This document shows, one piece after another, positions 11,720 through 21,207 of a stretch of 64,000 bases of DNA (within the stretch, counting starts at the first letter, position 1; the number at the start of each line of letters is the position of its first letter). The position numbers and the translations under genes were made by a program. The stretch is taken from NCBI GenBank assembly GCA_017134395.1, contig CP070993.1, forward strand, positions 398,199 to 462,198, given 5' to 3'. Source of the stretch: Candidatus Kaiserbacteria bacterium (GTDB lineage: Bacteria; Patescibacteriota; Minisyncoccia; Phycocordibacterales; UBA2100). The notes under the pieces are model-generated. The model was not told the origin of the DNA. It ran no database searches and saw nothing but the letters and a program-made list of their open reading frames with translations.

Positions 11720-11878
11720 CTATTGAAATAATACAAACGACACGCCAGCCTGCATCAAGTCTTCTGTGGTTATGTCGTAATAGTTAACAGCAAGCACAAC
11801 ACTCAGACTGATTGAAAGTATAAATACAAATCCAAACAGAAAGTTGAAGAATGTACTATTGAGGATTCCTTTTTCCAT
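11720..11878 (-). CDS. Candidate small hydrophobic protein (52 aa), not in the ORF track
   Basis: Manual translation: MEKGILNSTFFNFLFGFVFILSISLSVVLAVNYYDITTEDLMQAGVSFVLFQ. It is a single TM segment, lies downstream of the PLC-like gene on the same strand, and has no clear ribosome-binding site. Confidence 0.3.
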   Translation of the reverse strand: MEKGILNSTFFNFLFGFVFILSISLSVVLAVNYYDITTEDLMQAGVSFVLFQ

Positions 11879-11930
11879 ATCTATATATTACCATCTAAAG
11901 TTTAAACTGAAATAAGCTCTTTTTTACTTG

Positions 11931-13664
11931 TTAGAACTCGAACGGGACATCGACATCTAAAGAAACTGTCTTTACGAATGCCCCACTGTCACACGACAAC
12001 GTTAAAGTCATATCTTCAGCGATAAGTGCGAACTCACTCCCTGATGTGCCAGTCCATGAAATAAGTCCTCCGGTTACAGTACAGCTGGTAGCACCCGAAG
12101 TATTCCAGGATACTGTCGTTGGTCCAAAGAACCCAGATGAAGGGTCAGCAGATATACTTCCACTTATTGCTGCTGTTCCACTACCGCCTGTTCCTTGAAT
12201 TGGTGCAAAAAACATTTTTTGTATCCACGGTGTAGGGTCATTGCATCCTGGTTGATCACCAACCCATCCTACCTTGTTCCACGGTCCTTGTAGTGAGTTT
12301 TCAATACACTCTTTTTCACGTTGAGCCAAAAGAGCCTCAAGAAATGCAATGAGTGCGCTCGCCTCGTTGACCCGCGCTTGTAGCTCCTCTAGTGTTGGTC
12401 CTGTTTGTTTTTGTGGTGTCACTCCGTCTGGCAGAGGTTCGCCAACGATAGTTTTCTTTAAGGCCTGCTGTAATCCGAGCAATGCACTCGCTGGTTGTGC
12501 ATCTTCCTTAAGAGCTGAATCACGTGCTGCTGCTGGCGTATGAATTCCATATACCTTAGCCGCAGCATAATACCCATCTAAATCATCTTTGTTTAGTTCA
12601 TACACATCCGCAGCAGCAAGTGATGTAAGCGCTAGTTTTGAATCTCTGCCAAACGCTAATCTTTTCATTACATCTTCAGTTTCTTTATAGCTTTTGTTCA
12701 TCGCAAGCAGCGCTCCTGTTTTACGTTCTTCTTCTACCTCTTTAAAAAACAAATCAATTACTGCGACCCCGTGAAGTACTGCCTGTTTAGATAAAACATC
12801 CCAATAGTCTTTCGATATCTTTCCATCTTTATCATTAAAAAAGTACTCAGTTTCAATCTCTTCTGTGCTTTCCTCATAATCTTGTTTCGCATTAACTACT
12901 CTATGCCCGTAGATTTTGTGTATGGCAAACCCTGAATCAAAGTACACATCACTCTCAGAGGGATGTGTATACTTACCAAAGCTTGCATCACGACTCACGA
13001 AATTATAATTTGAAAATGTTGCAGCATACAATATAGCGTCTTTAATACTTGCAACAACGGGAACGTCTTCATCTGTAATTTCAACAATTACTTTTCTACT
13101 TTCTGAATATTGTTCATATAGATCTCCTCCAAAATCCCAAGGAGGGTGTGCATCATTTCGCGTATGTGCAGGTACAGTAGCATCCTGCACCAAATGCAAT
13201 TGATGCCCCAGAACCTGCAGGGCATAGTTTTTATCACCATGTACGTATTCATATACACCCCTGGCCCAAGAAAAATCAGTTTCGGAACTAAAGAGTATCT
13301 CATCCGACTTTATTTTCCCGCGCCCAAAGTTTCCTTGCATGATTGTATCCTGCGCCCATATCATGGAAGCATCTCCATTCACTGGAGCAAAATCTGAAAA
13401 TCTCCCTCTAAGCCCTCGGTTCTTTACTGGATCATAAAAATGATTTAAATATCTTGTTGATGAATCTTCCTTAAGGCTTCCATCAACGATTTCTGCTACC
13501 TCAGAATTGCTAAACAACTCTTCACCATTAATGGAAGCATGCGCATTTAAAGTGGCTGCTGTTATATCTGCATGAGTTTCTAGGCTGTATGCACCTACAT
13601 AAGTAGGCATGCTCGCAATACATAGAGCTACATATAACGTTGCTAGAAATCTTTTAGTTTCCAT
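11931..13664 (-). CDS. Secreted zinc-dependent phospholipase C-like (PLC/P1-nuclease fold) protein with a Thr/Gly/Ser-rich C-terminal domain
   Basis: Signal peptide METKRFLATLYVALCIASMPTYVGA. NHFYDPV and LGHQLHLVQDATVPAHTRN align with the zinc-ligand motifs (HFYDPD; HYLGDxxxPxHxxN) of B. cereus PC-PLC and C. perfringens alpha-toxin. Confidence 0.6.
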   Translation of the reverse strand: METKRFLATLYVALCIASMPTYVGAYSLETHADITAATLNAHASINGEELFSNSEVAEIVDGSLKEDSSTRYLNHFYDPVKNRGLRGRFSDFAPVNGDASMIWAQDTIMQGNFGRGKIKSDEILFSSETDFSWARGVYEYVHGDKNYALQVLGHQLHLVQDATVPAHTRNDAHPPWDFGGDLYEQYSESRKVIVEITDEDVPVVASIKDAILYAATFSNYNFVSRDASFGKYTHPSESDVYFDSGFAIHKIYGHRVVNAKQDYEESTEEIETEYFFNDKDGKISKDYWDVLSKQAVLHGVAVIDLFFKEVEEERKTGALLAMNKSYKETEDVMKRLAFGRDSKLALTSLAAADVYELNKDDLDGYYAAAKVYGIHTPAAARDSALKEDAQPASALLGLQQALKKTIVGEPLPDGVTPQKQTGPTLEELQARVNEASALIAFLEALLAQREKECIENSLQGPWNKVGWVGDQPGCNDPTPWIQKMFFAPIQGTGGSGTAAISGSISADPSSGFFGPTTVSWNTSGATSCTVTGGLISWTGTSGSEFALIAEDMTLTLSCDSGAFVKTVSLDVDVPFEF

Positions 13665-14161
13665 ACTTTAGTATATTCATTGAAAATGAATCTCTCAAAA
13701 TGAAATTGTTGTCCATCTTTGAAAAAATCTATTTCATACGTTGTGCCATCAGGAAATAAAGCTCCTTGCTGTTCGTATGTTTTTAATATATTTATATAAA
13801 ACTCCGGCCTCTTCATCTTTAGAAACACACTAAACTGTTCTTCTTGCTGTTCTGGCAAAAAGTACTTACTTGCAAGTTCGTAGTCCTCTTCTTCCATAGC
13901 AGTAATGAAAAGTTGTAATGTTTCCTCTGGGGTAGTTCCTCCGTATGTATCATTTTTGTAAAGATTTGTGATTCGCTCACCTTCTTTTTCCAAAGCTTTT
14001 AGTGAATCCCTAAGTTCCCTATCTTGCGCACGATACGGTGCCTCAACTTTCCACGACTGGTAGTAATTGGCTACGAACAATGCTGCCCATGCGCCAATAA
14101 CTACAGCGATGAGCCATACCCACCACTTGCCAGAAAACCCTTCTAGAAAGTCATATTTCAT
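13643..14161 (-). CDS. Hypothetical membrane-anchored protein; its stop overlaps the start of the PLC-like gene
   Basis: 172 aa with an N-terminal TM helix; the 22-nt overlap with the downstream PLC-like CDS suggests translational coupling. Confidence 0.5.
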   Translation of the reverse strand: MKYDFLEGFSGKWWVWLIAVVIGAWAALFVANYYQSWKVEAPYRAQDRELRDSLKALEKEGERITNLYKNDTYGGTTPEETLQLFITAMEEEDYELASKYFLPEQQEEQFSVFLKMKRPEFYINILKTYEQQGALFPDGTTYEIDFFKDGQQFHFERFIFNEYTKVWKLKDF

Positions 14162-14220
14162 ATTTGAATACTATCATATTGCAATACGACAATATATAGA
14201 ATTCTATGCAGTAAGTACCC

Positions 14221-15702
14221 CTATTTCTTACCCTTCTTAAGTGGTTTGAGTGTTTCTAAATCAAGCGTTTCATCTATACGGATTTGGCTGACAAATTCTG
14301 GGACGTGAGAAACTAATATCATAGCGCCTTCATATTCATCTAATGCCTTCGCGATAATAGGTAAATGGCGAAAGTTAATGTGGTTTGTAGGTTCATCTAA
14401 AATAAGAAGATTCGGTTTTAAAAGTACCAGTTGGGCAAATGCTACCAACCCCTTTTGTCCTTCAGAGAGACTCCCCACCTTTGAATACATTATGTCCGCT
14501 GTAATTAAGAACCCTGCCGCAACACTGCGCATGTGGTGTTCGTCAGGTTTTGGCATTGCTGATTCAAGCGTCTTGTACACAGTCTCATCAAAATTGAGCG
14601 TCGAGAAATCCTGTCGATAGTACCCGACATTCACTCCAGAAGCGATAATTGCTCCCTCTTCAGTATTATTAGCCAAACGTTCAAGCAGTGTACTTTTGCC
14701 AATACCGTTTGGTCCAGTAAGAAGAAGGTGTTTATTTCTTACAAGAGAGATTTCAGCAGCGCGCTCTTGCGGCTTATTGTCTTTCATTACGAGCACAGAG
14801 TTGATATGTAGAATCTCCCCTATTGGGCGCTCTCTCATTTCAATAGCAAATGGTCGGATTGTCTTATCTTCGCGCCGTACGTCTACCTTTGACTCTTCAG
14901 CTTCTGCCGCACTTTCACGCATTCGTTTCGCAACCATACGCATGTTTCCACCCTTATTTGCGAAGAAGTTAGCCTTGTCTTTTTTTTCTTTGATAATCTT
15001 CTCAGCCTGCGCATTCTTACGGCGTTCTTTTTCTACTCGTACAGTAATATCACGCACTACGTCTTTATAGTTACCAACGTACTGTTCTACCTTACGGGTA
15101 AATATATCAAGGTACAAAACACCCTGTGTAAATGCATTCAAAAAATCTGCGTCGTGGGAAATGACAATAACTGTCTTCTTGTAGTCGATTAGGAACTTTT
15201 CTAGGTGAGCAATGCCCTCTTTATCTAAATTGTTCGTCGGCTCATCAAGGAGAAGTAGGTCAGGTTTTTGAATAAGTGCTGAAGCCAATAGAAGTCGTGC
15301 TTGCTGCCCACCTGAAAACTCTTTTACTTTCTTTTCTTTATCAGCATGTAAATTAACTACTTCAAGGATGTCGTCAATTCGTGGGTCAATATCGTACACC
15401 TTCTTTTTAAAACTTCTCTCAAAGAACTCTCGTACTGAAAGCTCTAATTGCTCACGTGGTATTACTTGTCGTGCTATCGCTACAGAGAGGTTCGGTGCTA
15501 TTTGTATGACGCCATCTTCTGGTTCAGATGCTCTTGTAATAAGCGAGAAGAGTGTACTTTTACCAGCCCCATTTTGACCCATAAGCGTAATCTTAGAACC
15601 ACGACGCACAGTAAAACCAACCTCATCGAGTATGGGTTTTGTAGAGCTGTGTTCAAACGACACGGTATCAAATCTCACTATTACTTCTCCTCTTTCTGAC
15701 AT
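14221..15702 (-). CDS. ABC-F family ATPase (EttA/Uup-like translation factor with two ABC domains)
   Basis: Two Walker A motifs (GQNGAGKST, GPNGIGKST), two signature motifs (LSGGQQARLLLA, LSEGQKGLVAFA), no TM domain. The start was trimmed to MSERGEV... Confidence 0.85.
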   Translation of the reverse strand: MSERGEVIVRFDTVSFEHSSTKPILDEVGFTVRRGSKITLMGQNGAGKSTLFSLITRASEPEDGVIQIAPNLSVAIARQVIPREQLELSVREFFERSFKKKVYDIDPRIDDILEVVNLHADKEKKVKEFSGGQQARLLLASALIQKPDLLLLDEPTNNLDKEGIAHLEKFLIDYKKTVIVISHDADFLNAFTQGVLYLDIFTRKVEQYVGNYKDVVRDITVRVEKERRKNAQAEKIIKEKKDKANFFANKGGNMRMVAKRMRESAAEAEESKVDVRREDKTIRPFAIEMRERPIGEILHINSVLVMKDNKPQERAAEISLVRNKHLLLTGPNGIGKSTLLERLANNTEEGAIIASGVNVGYYRQDFSTLNFDETVYKTLESAMPKPDEHHMRSVAAGFLITADIMYSKVGSLSEGQKGLVAFAQLVLLKPNLLILDEPTNHINFRHLPIIAKALDEYEGAMILVSHVPEFVSQIRIDETLDLETLKPLKKGKK

Positions 15703-15809
15703 ACAAAATAAAAAAGGCACCACACGGGCACTCGTTAGGACTAGAGAATACTGTATATATGACAGTAACACAACTACTCTATATGCACAGAATGTTGAAT
15801 GCAAGAAAA

Positions 15810-15905
15810 CCCTTAAAACAATAACGTTTTAAGGGTTTTCTAAAATAGTGTGGTAAGGGAAAAGCCCCAAGCGCTTGCGCGCTTGGGGCTTATTCCCTAA
15901 TCCTA
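15810..15905 (-). terminator. Two tandem hairpin terminators after the large surface protein gene
   Basis: aaaacccttaaaac-aataac-gttttaagggtttt (14-bp perfect stem), then aagccccaagcgc-ttgc-gcgcttggggctt (13-bp stem). Confidence 0.6.
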
Positions 15906-15946
15906 ATTAACCATAGAAGTTAATTAGTGTAATCAAGCTAACTCGA

Positions 15947-18900
15947 TTACGAAGGATTTACGTGAGTTTGACCGAATAGGTCTCCCTTGAACACGTTGTC
16001 GGCTTCCGAGTAGTTTGTAGTACCCGTTCCAACACTAAATCCTAGATCAGCTGCGGTTGAGTCATCAAGCCATGCTTGAATCGTGTCCCCGTCTGTTGCC
16101 AAGCCTGAAGCATCTGCGTACACGTAAATGTACTCGAATCCTCCAGCAGGAACAGTAAGTTCAGCTGTACTAAAGTCGAATGCTACAGCTGATGTTGCGA
16201 TTGCACCAGAGTCAAGAGTGTTTCCATCCTTGTCTTTGATTGTAATCGTTTCATCAAGAGCTGCACCGCCATCGTTACCTGAGAACTGAATCTCAAGGTT
16301 GTTGGCAGTTGAAGTGTCATCGAAGCTCAGGTCTTCATCTCCTGGGTTCGTAACCTTAATCTTCGCTACGAGGTAGTTAGCACTTGTTGTAAGAACTGTG
16401 CTTGCAACATCCTCGAATGCGAATACTGGGTATGCTTCATACACAGTTTGTGTAGCTGGAGTAACAGTTGTGTCATCAGGGTCAATTGCTGATCCTGAAT
16501 CAAGTCCTGTACCGTCAACGTCACCTGAAGCTGCAATTGTTGCAATAACAGTTGAACCGTTAACTACCTGTGTACCGTCAATGTTGTTCAATACAACCTT
16601 AACTGTAACAAGTACCTTATCGTCAGCTGGAACAACAAGTGTTCCGTCTGTGAAGAATACTTCTGCTGTGTTCTGACCACCAGTTACTTCTCCTAACTTG
16701 GTTGAACCATTGTAGAAGATGTACTTTGCAACTGCGTTGTCAGTACCAGTGCTTGTAAGCTTAATGCTGTCGATGTCTACATCTTCAACATTGTTTGCTG
16801 CAAGACGGAAGACTGCTACAGTCTGCTCGCTTGTGGTGTCGTCAAGAATCAATGATGCGTCTGGTGATGTAGAGTCTACTGTAAGAGTTACATCTCCTGA
16901 AGCTGCAACAGTCATAACCTGTCCTGAACCTGTTGGGCTAACTGAAACAGTTGAACCTGAGTTCAGACCTACGGCTGTAACCGCACTAATTGATACTTGG
17001 TGTGTACCACTAGATGCAGATGATGAAAGGTCTAGTATTACTGCAATTTCCACTGATGTGTTCTTTGCAACAGTAATGTGCGTGTCAAGAGGCATTGCCA
17101 ATGTAACTGCACCAGTTGAACCTGTCATTTGTTCTGCGTCTGCTACACGAGTTTCGTACTTGTCACCACGAACTGAGTCGTTAGTTGAACCACCTGTAAG
17201 GTTTGCCCAAATTTCAACGTTGTCTAGGTGTGTACCAGTTGATGTTGCTGCTGTTGAAGCAACAGTAACCGCTGTAACACGTACATCTTCTCCTGAGTTG
17301 GCTGCGTCAAGGTTAGCAGTTGCAAAGACGAAGTCTGTTGCACCTGGAACGACTGAACGAGCTGCAGGTTGTGTAAGTGTTGTTGCTGACAATGCAGCAG
17401 ATTGAACTGTCATTGTGTTTCCAGTAGCTGTTGTGCCAGGGATTGTAACAGTGTCACCAGTTACATCACCAGTTGCGTCACTCCATCCTGAAGGGTTGGC
17501 ATTGATCACAATTGTGTCCCCATTCGCCCATGACGAATCTAGATAACCTCTAACGTACAGAGTAGTAACTCCTGTTGGGAAGCTAATGCTGCTGAATGTC
17601 ATTGTACCTGTAGTACTTGCTCCTGTTGCGTCAACTGGACCTGCAAGAACAGAACCGTTTTGGTCAACAAGAGTAACGTTGTCAAGATCAGTTCCGACTG
17701 GGCTTCCTCCTACTTGACCGATTGTAGCTGTCATAACTAGAGTTTGAACCGTAATTGGTTCTCCCTTGATATCAACAGTAAATGCCCCTAGAAGTTCATC
17801 AGAAGTCTGGATAGCAACGTTAGCTGCTGGAGCTGCACTACTCTTTGATACTGAGTTAAATGTACCTGCTGAGATAGTAACTACGTTAGCATCATACACA
17901 GGGCTCGTTGCGCTGAAGTTTGAACCAACTGCTGGTGTAAGTCCGTATCCGTAAGTCTCGCCAGTTAGGTTGATATCAGTCATCTTGTAGACGTCAAACG
18001 CAATGTTTCGGTTTGTACCTCCGATGATGTCACCCTTAACAACGATCTCCTTTGAGAGACCTTCTTTAATAACAATTCCTGAACCAAAGTTCACTACGTA
18101 ATAGTCACCCATTACAGTTGGAGTGTATGCAACACCATCTACATACGCCATCACATTGTTGATGTCTGAAGTTGATGCTGAACCGCTCTGGTCAAATCGT
18201 ACTGAGTGAAGACGTACATCTTCCTGTGAACCTGCTGTCAACTTGATAGCAGTAAAGGTGTAGTTGGTTGTACCAATTTCCTTTGTTGCTGTTGAAGCTG
18301 GGTCTTCTACGCCACGAGCTGCAGTTACGCTACCGATTGCAAGAGTTGCGTTAGTAGTGTGTGATGCACCTGTGATTGGAAGTGAACCTGCAACAGTTGC
18401 TGAAGTGTTAACTGCTACAACTGAAAGTGTTCCCACTTCACCTGCGTAGGCGTCAAGGCTTGCTGCCATGTTACCTGCAACAGTAAATGTGCGAGTTTCA
18501 CCTGCATTCAAGGTAACTGCCTCACCAACGTTTGCTTGGTCGTTTGAGTTAAGTACTCGAGCTGTTCCAAGCTGGATCCCGTTTTGGTCAAGAAGAACTA
18601 CTCCGGCAAATACCGAGTTGTTCAAAAGTCCTCCACGTTGCACAGTCACGTTGTTGATTGTCTGTGCTGTTCCACTGTTGTTTGTAACAGTGAACTTAGT
18701 GAAAGGAACACGTGCTGCTCCTTCAACTGCAAGACCATTAGCTGGCTGTGCTGCTGCTGCAACAGTAATTCCTGTTCCTGTAGGAACAGTTGTACCTGTG
18801 CCAGTTCCTGTTCCAGTACCTGTGCTAGTGCTCATTGCGTTAGCTGCAGAACGTGTGATAGGACCCCAGTAACCTGCTACTGGCGTAATGCCCTTAGCTG

Positions 18901-19276
18901 ACTGGAAAGCCTTAACTGCTGCTTGAGTTCGTGAACCAAAGTAGTCAGTTTCGTTACCAGGTGAACCTGCTCCTGTTGCTGAAACGGCAAATCCGTTTGC
19001 GTTTAGGAACTTCTGAATGTCCATAACTTCTCCACCTTGGTCACCTAGTTCGTGTGTAAGGGTGAAATTGTATGAACCTGTTGTGGTTGTTGAACCACCT
19101 GTCATTCCTGCAAGCTGTGCTTGTAGAGATGAGATTGTTGCAAGCAATGATGCAATTTGTGCTGTTAGATCTTCAACTGATTGCGCCTGTGCCGGTGTGA
19201 CAAAAGCGAAAGAGAAAACCATAGCAACTCCAACTGCTGCTGCTGCAACTTTGTTTGTTGTTAATGCAATACTCAT
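15947..19276 (-). CDS. Large secreted Thr/Gly/Ser-rich cell-surface protein with an N-terminal putative peptidoglycan-binding domain
   Basis: 1109 aa with a signal peptide ending AQA. LGDQGGEVMDIQKFLNANGFAVSATG...FGSRTQAAVKAFQSAKGI resembles the PG_binding_1 domain. The rest is a long repetitive beta-rich region containing a (TG)n tract (STGTGTGTGTGT). Confidence 0.65.
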   Translation of the reverse strand: MSIALTTNKVAAAAVGVAMVFSFAFVTPAQAQSVEDLTAQIASLLATISSLQAQLAGMTGGSTTTTGSYNFTLTHELGDQGGEVMDIQKFLNANGFAVSATGAGSPGNETDYFGSRTQAAVKAFQSAKGITPVAGYWGPITRSAANAMSTSTGTGTGTGTGTTVPTGTGITVAAAAQPANGLAVEGAARVPFTKFTVTNNSGTAQTINNVTVQRGGLLNNSVFAGVVLLDQNGIQLGTARVLNSNDQANVGEAVTLNAGETRTFTVAGNMAASLDAYAGEVGTLSVVAVNTSATVAGSLPITGASHTTNATLAIGSVTAARGVEDPASTATKEIGTTNYTFTAIKLTAGSQEDVRLHSVRFDQSGSASTSDINNVMAYVDGVAYTPTVMGDYYVVNFGSGIVIKEGLSKEIVVKGDIIGGTNRNIAFDVYKMTDINLTGETYGYGLTPAVGSNFSATSPVYDANVVTISAGTFNSVSKSSAAPAANVAIQTSDELLGAFTVDIKGEPITVQTLVMTATIGQVGGSPVGTDLDNVTLVDQNGSVLAGPVDATGASTTGTMTFSSISFPTGVTTLYVRGYLDSSWANGDTIVINANPSGWSDATGDVTGDTVTIPGTTATGNTMTVQSAALSATTLTQPAARSVVPGATDFVFATANLDAANSGEDVRVTAVTVASTAATSTGTHLDNVEIWANLTGGSTNDSVRGDKYETRVADAEQMTGSTGAVTLAMPLDTHITVAKNTSVEIAVILDLSSSASSGTHQVSISAVTAVGLNSGSTVSVSPTGSGQVMTVAASGDVTLTVDSTSPDASLILDDTTSEQTVAVFRLAANNVEDVDIDSIKLTSTGTDNAVAKYIFYNGSTKLGEVTGGQNTAEVFFTDGTLVVPADDKVLVTVKVVLNNIDGTQVVNGSTVIATIAASGDVDGTGLDSGSAIDPDDTTVTPATQTVYEAYPVFAFEDVASTVLTTSANYLVAKIKVTNPGDEDLSFDDTSTANNLEIQFSGNDGGAALDETITIKDKDGNTLDSGAIATSAVAFDFSTAELTVPAGGFEYIYVYADASGLATDGDTIQAWLDDSTAADLGFSVGTGTTNYSEADNVFKGDLFGQTHVNPS

Positions 19277-19290
19277 AATTATTTAATTAA

Positions 19291-19321
19291 TGTAACGTCA
19301 TGTATTAAATGTGACGTTACA
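19291..19321. promoter_or_regulatory. Perfect 10-bp inverted repeat TGTAACGTCA-N11-TGACGTTACA, 15 nt upstream of the surface-protein start codon
   Basis: Read directly from the sequence; it sits in the 5' UTR or operator position of the minus-strand gene starting at 19276. Confidence 0.4.
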
Positions 19322-20039
19322 GCTTATAGACCTTTTGTGACTACGAACGTCCCGGCTACCCGGGGAACCCCCCGGTCTGTAAAAGGCCCGGAGACGTTCA
19401 TAGCTGCAATACTGATTTGTCGACCAAATCAATTTCGCACTTTTCATCCGCACATCTTTTTTACAAGATGCACAGGCGTTAACTTTTCCATTCTATAAGA
19501 ACAACAAATTACTACTAATAAAATATGTAATGGCGTTATTCTTGAAACTTCGAGTTAACTTTACTTTTAATTGCCATCTTGCCACCACCATTGATTTCGA
19601 CACGGTGATGTATGCAAGTTAGCGAACTATATTTAAGTCTGAATGTCTGACATACAGAAAGCCCTTGTGCGAACACATGGGGTACGGAACATTGCTTCAA
19701 AATTCTGAAAATCTTATCTATAAATAGTAGACGAGTTACCGCGCTAATACTTACGTTTAAGAGACATCCTGCGAATGCAGGAAACTAGTTTATTCTAGTA
19801 TTTTATTGTCAAAGAACACACAGAGTCAACACACAAGTGCATAGACTCCACCCCCACATTATATATTGCTTAGCCAAGTGAGCAATAAACCATAGCTGGT
19901 AATGTGGATAGCGAACAAAACCTTATTGAGCATCTTTTGCAACATACTCGTACGTCAAAGCGACCGCATGTTTTGGGCGGCTTTTGTTCTTGGCTTTAAC
20001 GTGGGGCAATACTACTATTTTATGCAGTAAAGTCAATAA

Positions 20040-20075
20040 AAAACACCCTTTTGGGGTGCCTTTATTCAATCACTT
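20040..20075 (-). terminator. Rho-independent terminator of the 20115-20942 gene
   Basis: On the minus strand: caccc-caaaa-gggtg followed by tttttta. Confidence 0.6.
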
Positions 20076-20114
20076 TTCTATACCAAATTGGACACTATTT
20101 TCACCACGTTTCGC

Positions 20115-20942
20115 TTATACAACCAAAGAATAGGTCGTCCAGCGCTTTGAACCCTCCTTCTTTACCACATTATCGTGTACTAATGATTGCAGTTCTCGCT
20201 GAATTGTCTTTTCACTACAATCAGAAACCTCTGCTGCAATGTCCTTTATGTGAATAGGGCTCTTCTTAGTAATCACATCCAAAATAGCCATCCGCCGACT
20301 AGTAACACGTCGCTTTGACTTCAAAGATTGTGGGCGTTTATCCTTTTGCTGTTTAATGTCCTTTAAAGATTCTATGTCCGTAATAGTGTCCTTTATACTT
20401 TTGTCCTTTAGAGTTTTTGTTGTTTGTCCTTTAGAAGTTTGCTCTCTAGATTCAGAAGATGAAGGTGCAAGGAAATCATCTTCGTTTAACTCAATACTTT
20501 CAGACGCACTTCCCTGTTCTGATTTTGAAAGGAATCGTACAAGATCAGCGTACGCATACTTAAGTACACCTAAGTTCATCTCTGAAATATAGCCAGATGC
20601 ATGAGCGATATCAAGAAGTGAAAGTAATTGTCGCACGTGTGCTGAAATTGCATCTACGGAATCAGGGCCAGTGCTTTGAAAGCCTTCGCGCAAGCTCATT
20701 ACCATCGGCAGTAGATACTGGGCAGATTCACGGATATTCTCACGGACACTTTCGCTTTGTGGAACAAAATTTGTTACCAAATGAGTGGCGAGCACAAGAC
20801 GTTCAACTTTCTTGTAGGCTATTTCTGCAGCACGGTTTTGTCCGAAAGGACTCACGGACATATTTGCATCCAGAGAAATACCTTCATAATTGATGGGCTT
20901 ATATACTGCTTTATTGTCCTTTATAGTCATAGTAATGTCCAT
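20115..20942 (-). CDS. Hypothetical regulator with a C-terminal winged helix-turn-helix (DeoR-like HTH)
   Basis: The C-terminus RRMAILDVITKKSPIHIKDIAAEVSDCSEKTIQRELQSLVHDNVVKKEG fits the wHTH pattern. A Lys/Asp-rich linker is encoded by repeated TGTCCNTTA units. Confidence 0.5.
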   Translation of the reverse strand: MDITMTIKDNKAVYKPINYEGISLDANMSVSPFGQNRAAEIAYKKVERLVLATHLVTNFVPQSESVRENIRESAQYLLPMVMSLREGFQSTGPDSVDAISAHVRQLLSLLDIAHASGYISEMNLGVLKYAYADLVRFLSKSEQGSASESIELNEDDFLAPSSSESREQTSKGQTTKTLKDKSIKDTITDIESLKDIKQQKDKRPQSLKSKRRVTSRRMAILDVITKKSPIHIKDIAAEVSDCSEKTIQRELQSLVHDNVVKKEGSKRWTTYSLVV

Positions 20943-21060
20943 TATATAAAGGACAAATTGTTATAGACAATGTCCTTTATATGCATGTCCGTAAAGATGT
21001 CCTTTACGTTATGTCCATAATAGGTTTATGTCCGTTAAAGTCAAGGGTTCGTACATTGTA
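20930..21060. promoter_or_regulatory. Divergent promoter region (wHTH gene / ftsK) carrying at least six ATGTCC boxes, including aATGTCC-N10-GGACAa
   Basis: aatgtccatt, caatgtccttt, gcatgtccgt, agatgtccttt, ttatgtccat, ttatgtccgtt, all within 130 bp. Confidence 0.4.
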
Positions 21061-21207
21061 ATGAGATTGTGTCTTATAGACACATCCCCACAATCGAAAC
21101 TCATCAAACACTCTGTTTGTCGGCATGAAAGTATCCTTATGTGCACGAACTACTCTGTACGCTATATGGTATTATTGATTGATAATTCAATATATTAGAT
21201 AGACATC

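Noticed and set aside
16398-19286. Several plus-strand ORFs (e.g. 16719-17405, 18468-18872) inside the large surface-protein gene
   Set aside because: Antisense to a 1109-aa ORF that has a signal peptide and domain features; they have repetitive low-complexity composition.
19338-19394. RNase P, SRP or tmRNA in the large intergenic regions
   Set aside because: No match to the conserved RNase P P4 (AGGAAAGUCCGGGCUCC, ACAGAAnCCGGCUUA), SRP domain IV (GGAAGCAGCC) or tmRNA ends was found by eye. This cannot be excluded without covariance-model searches.
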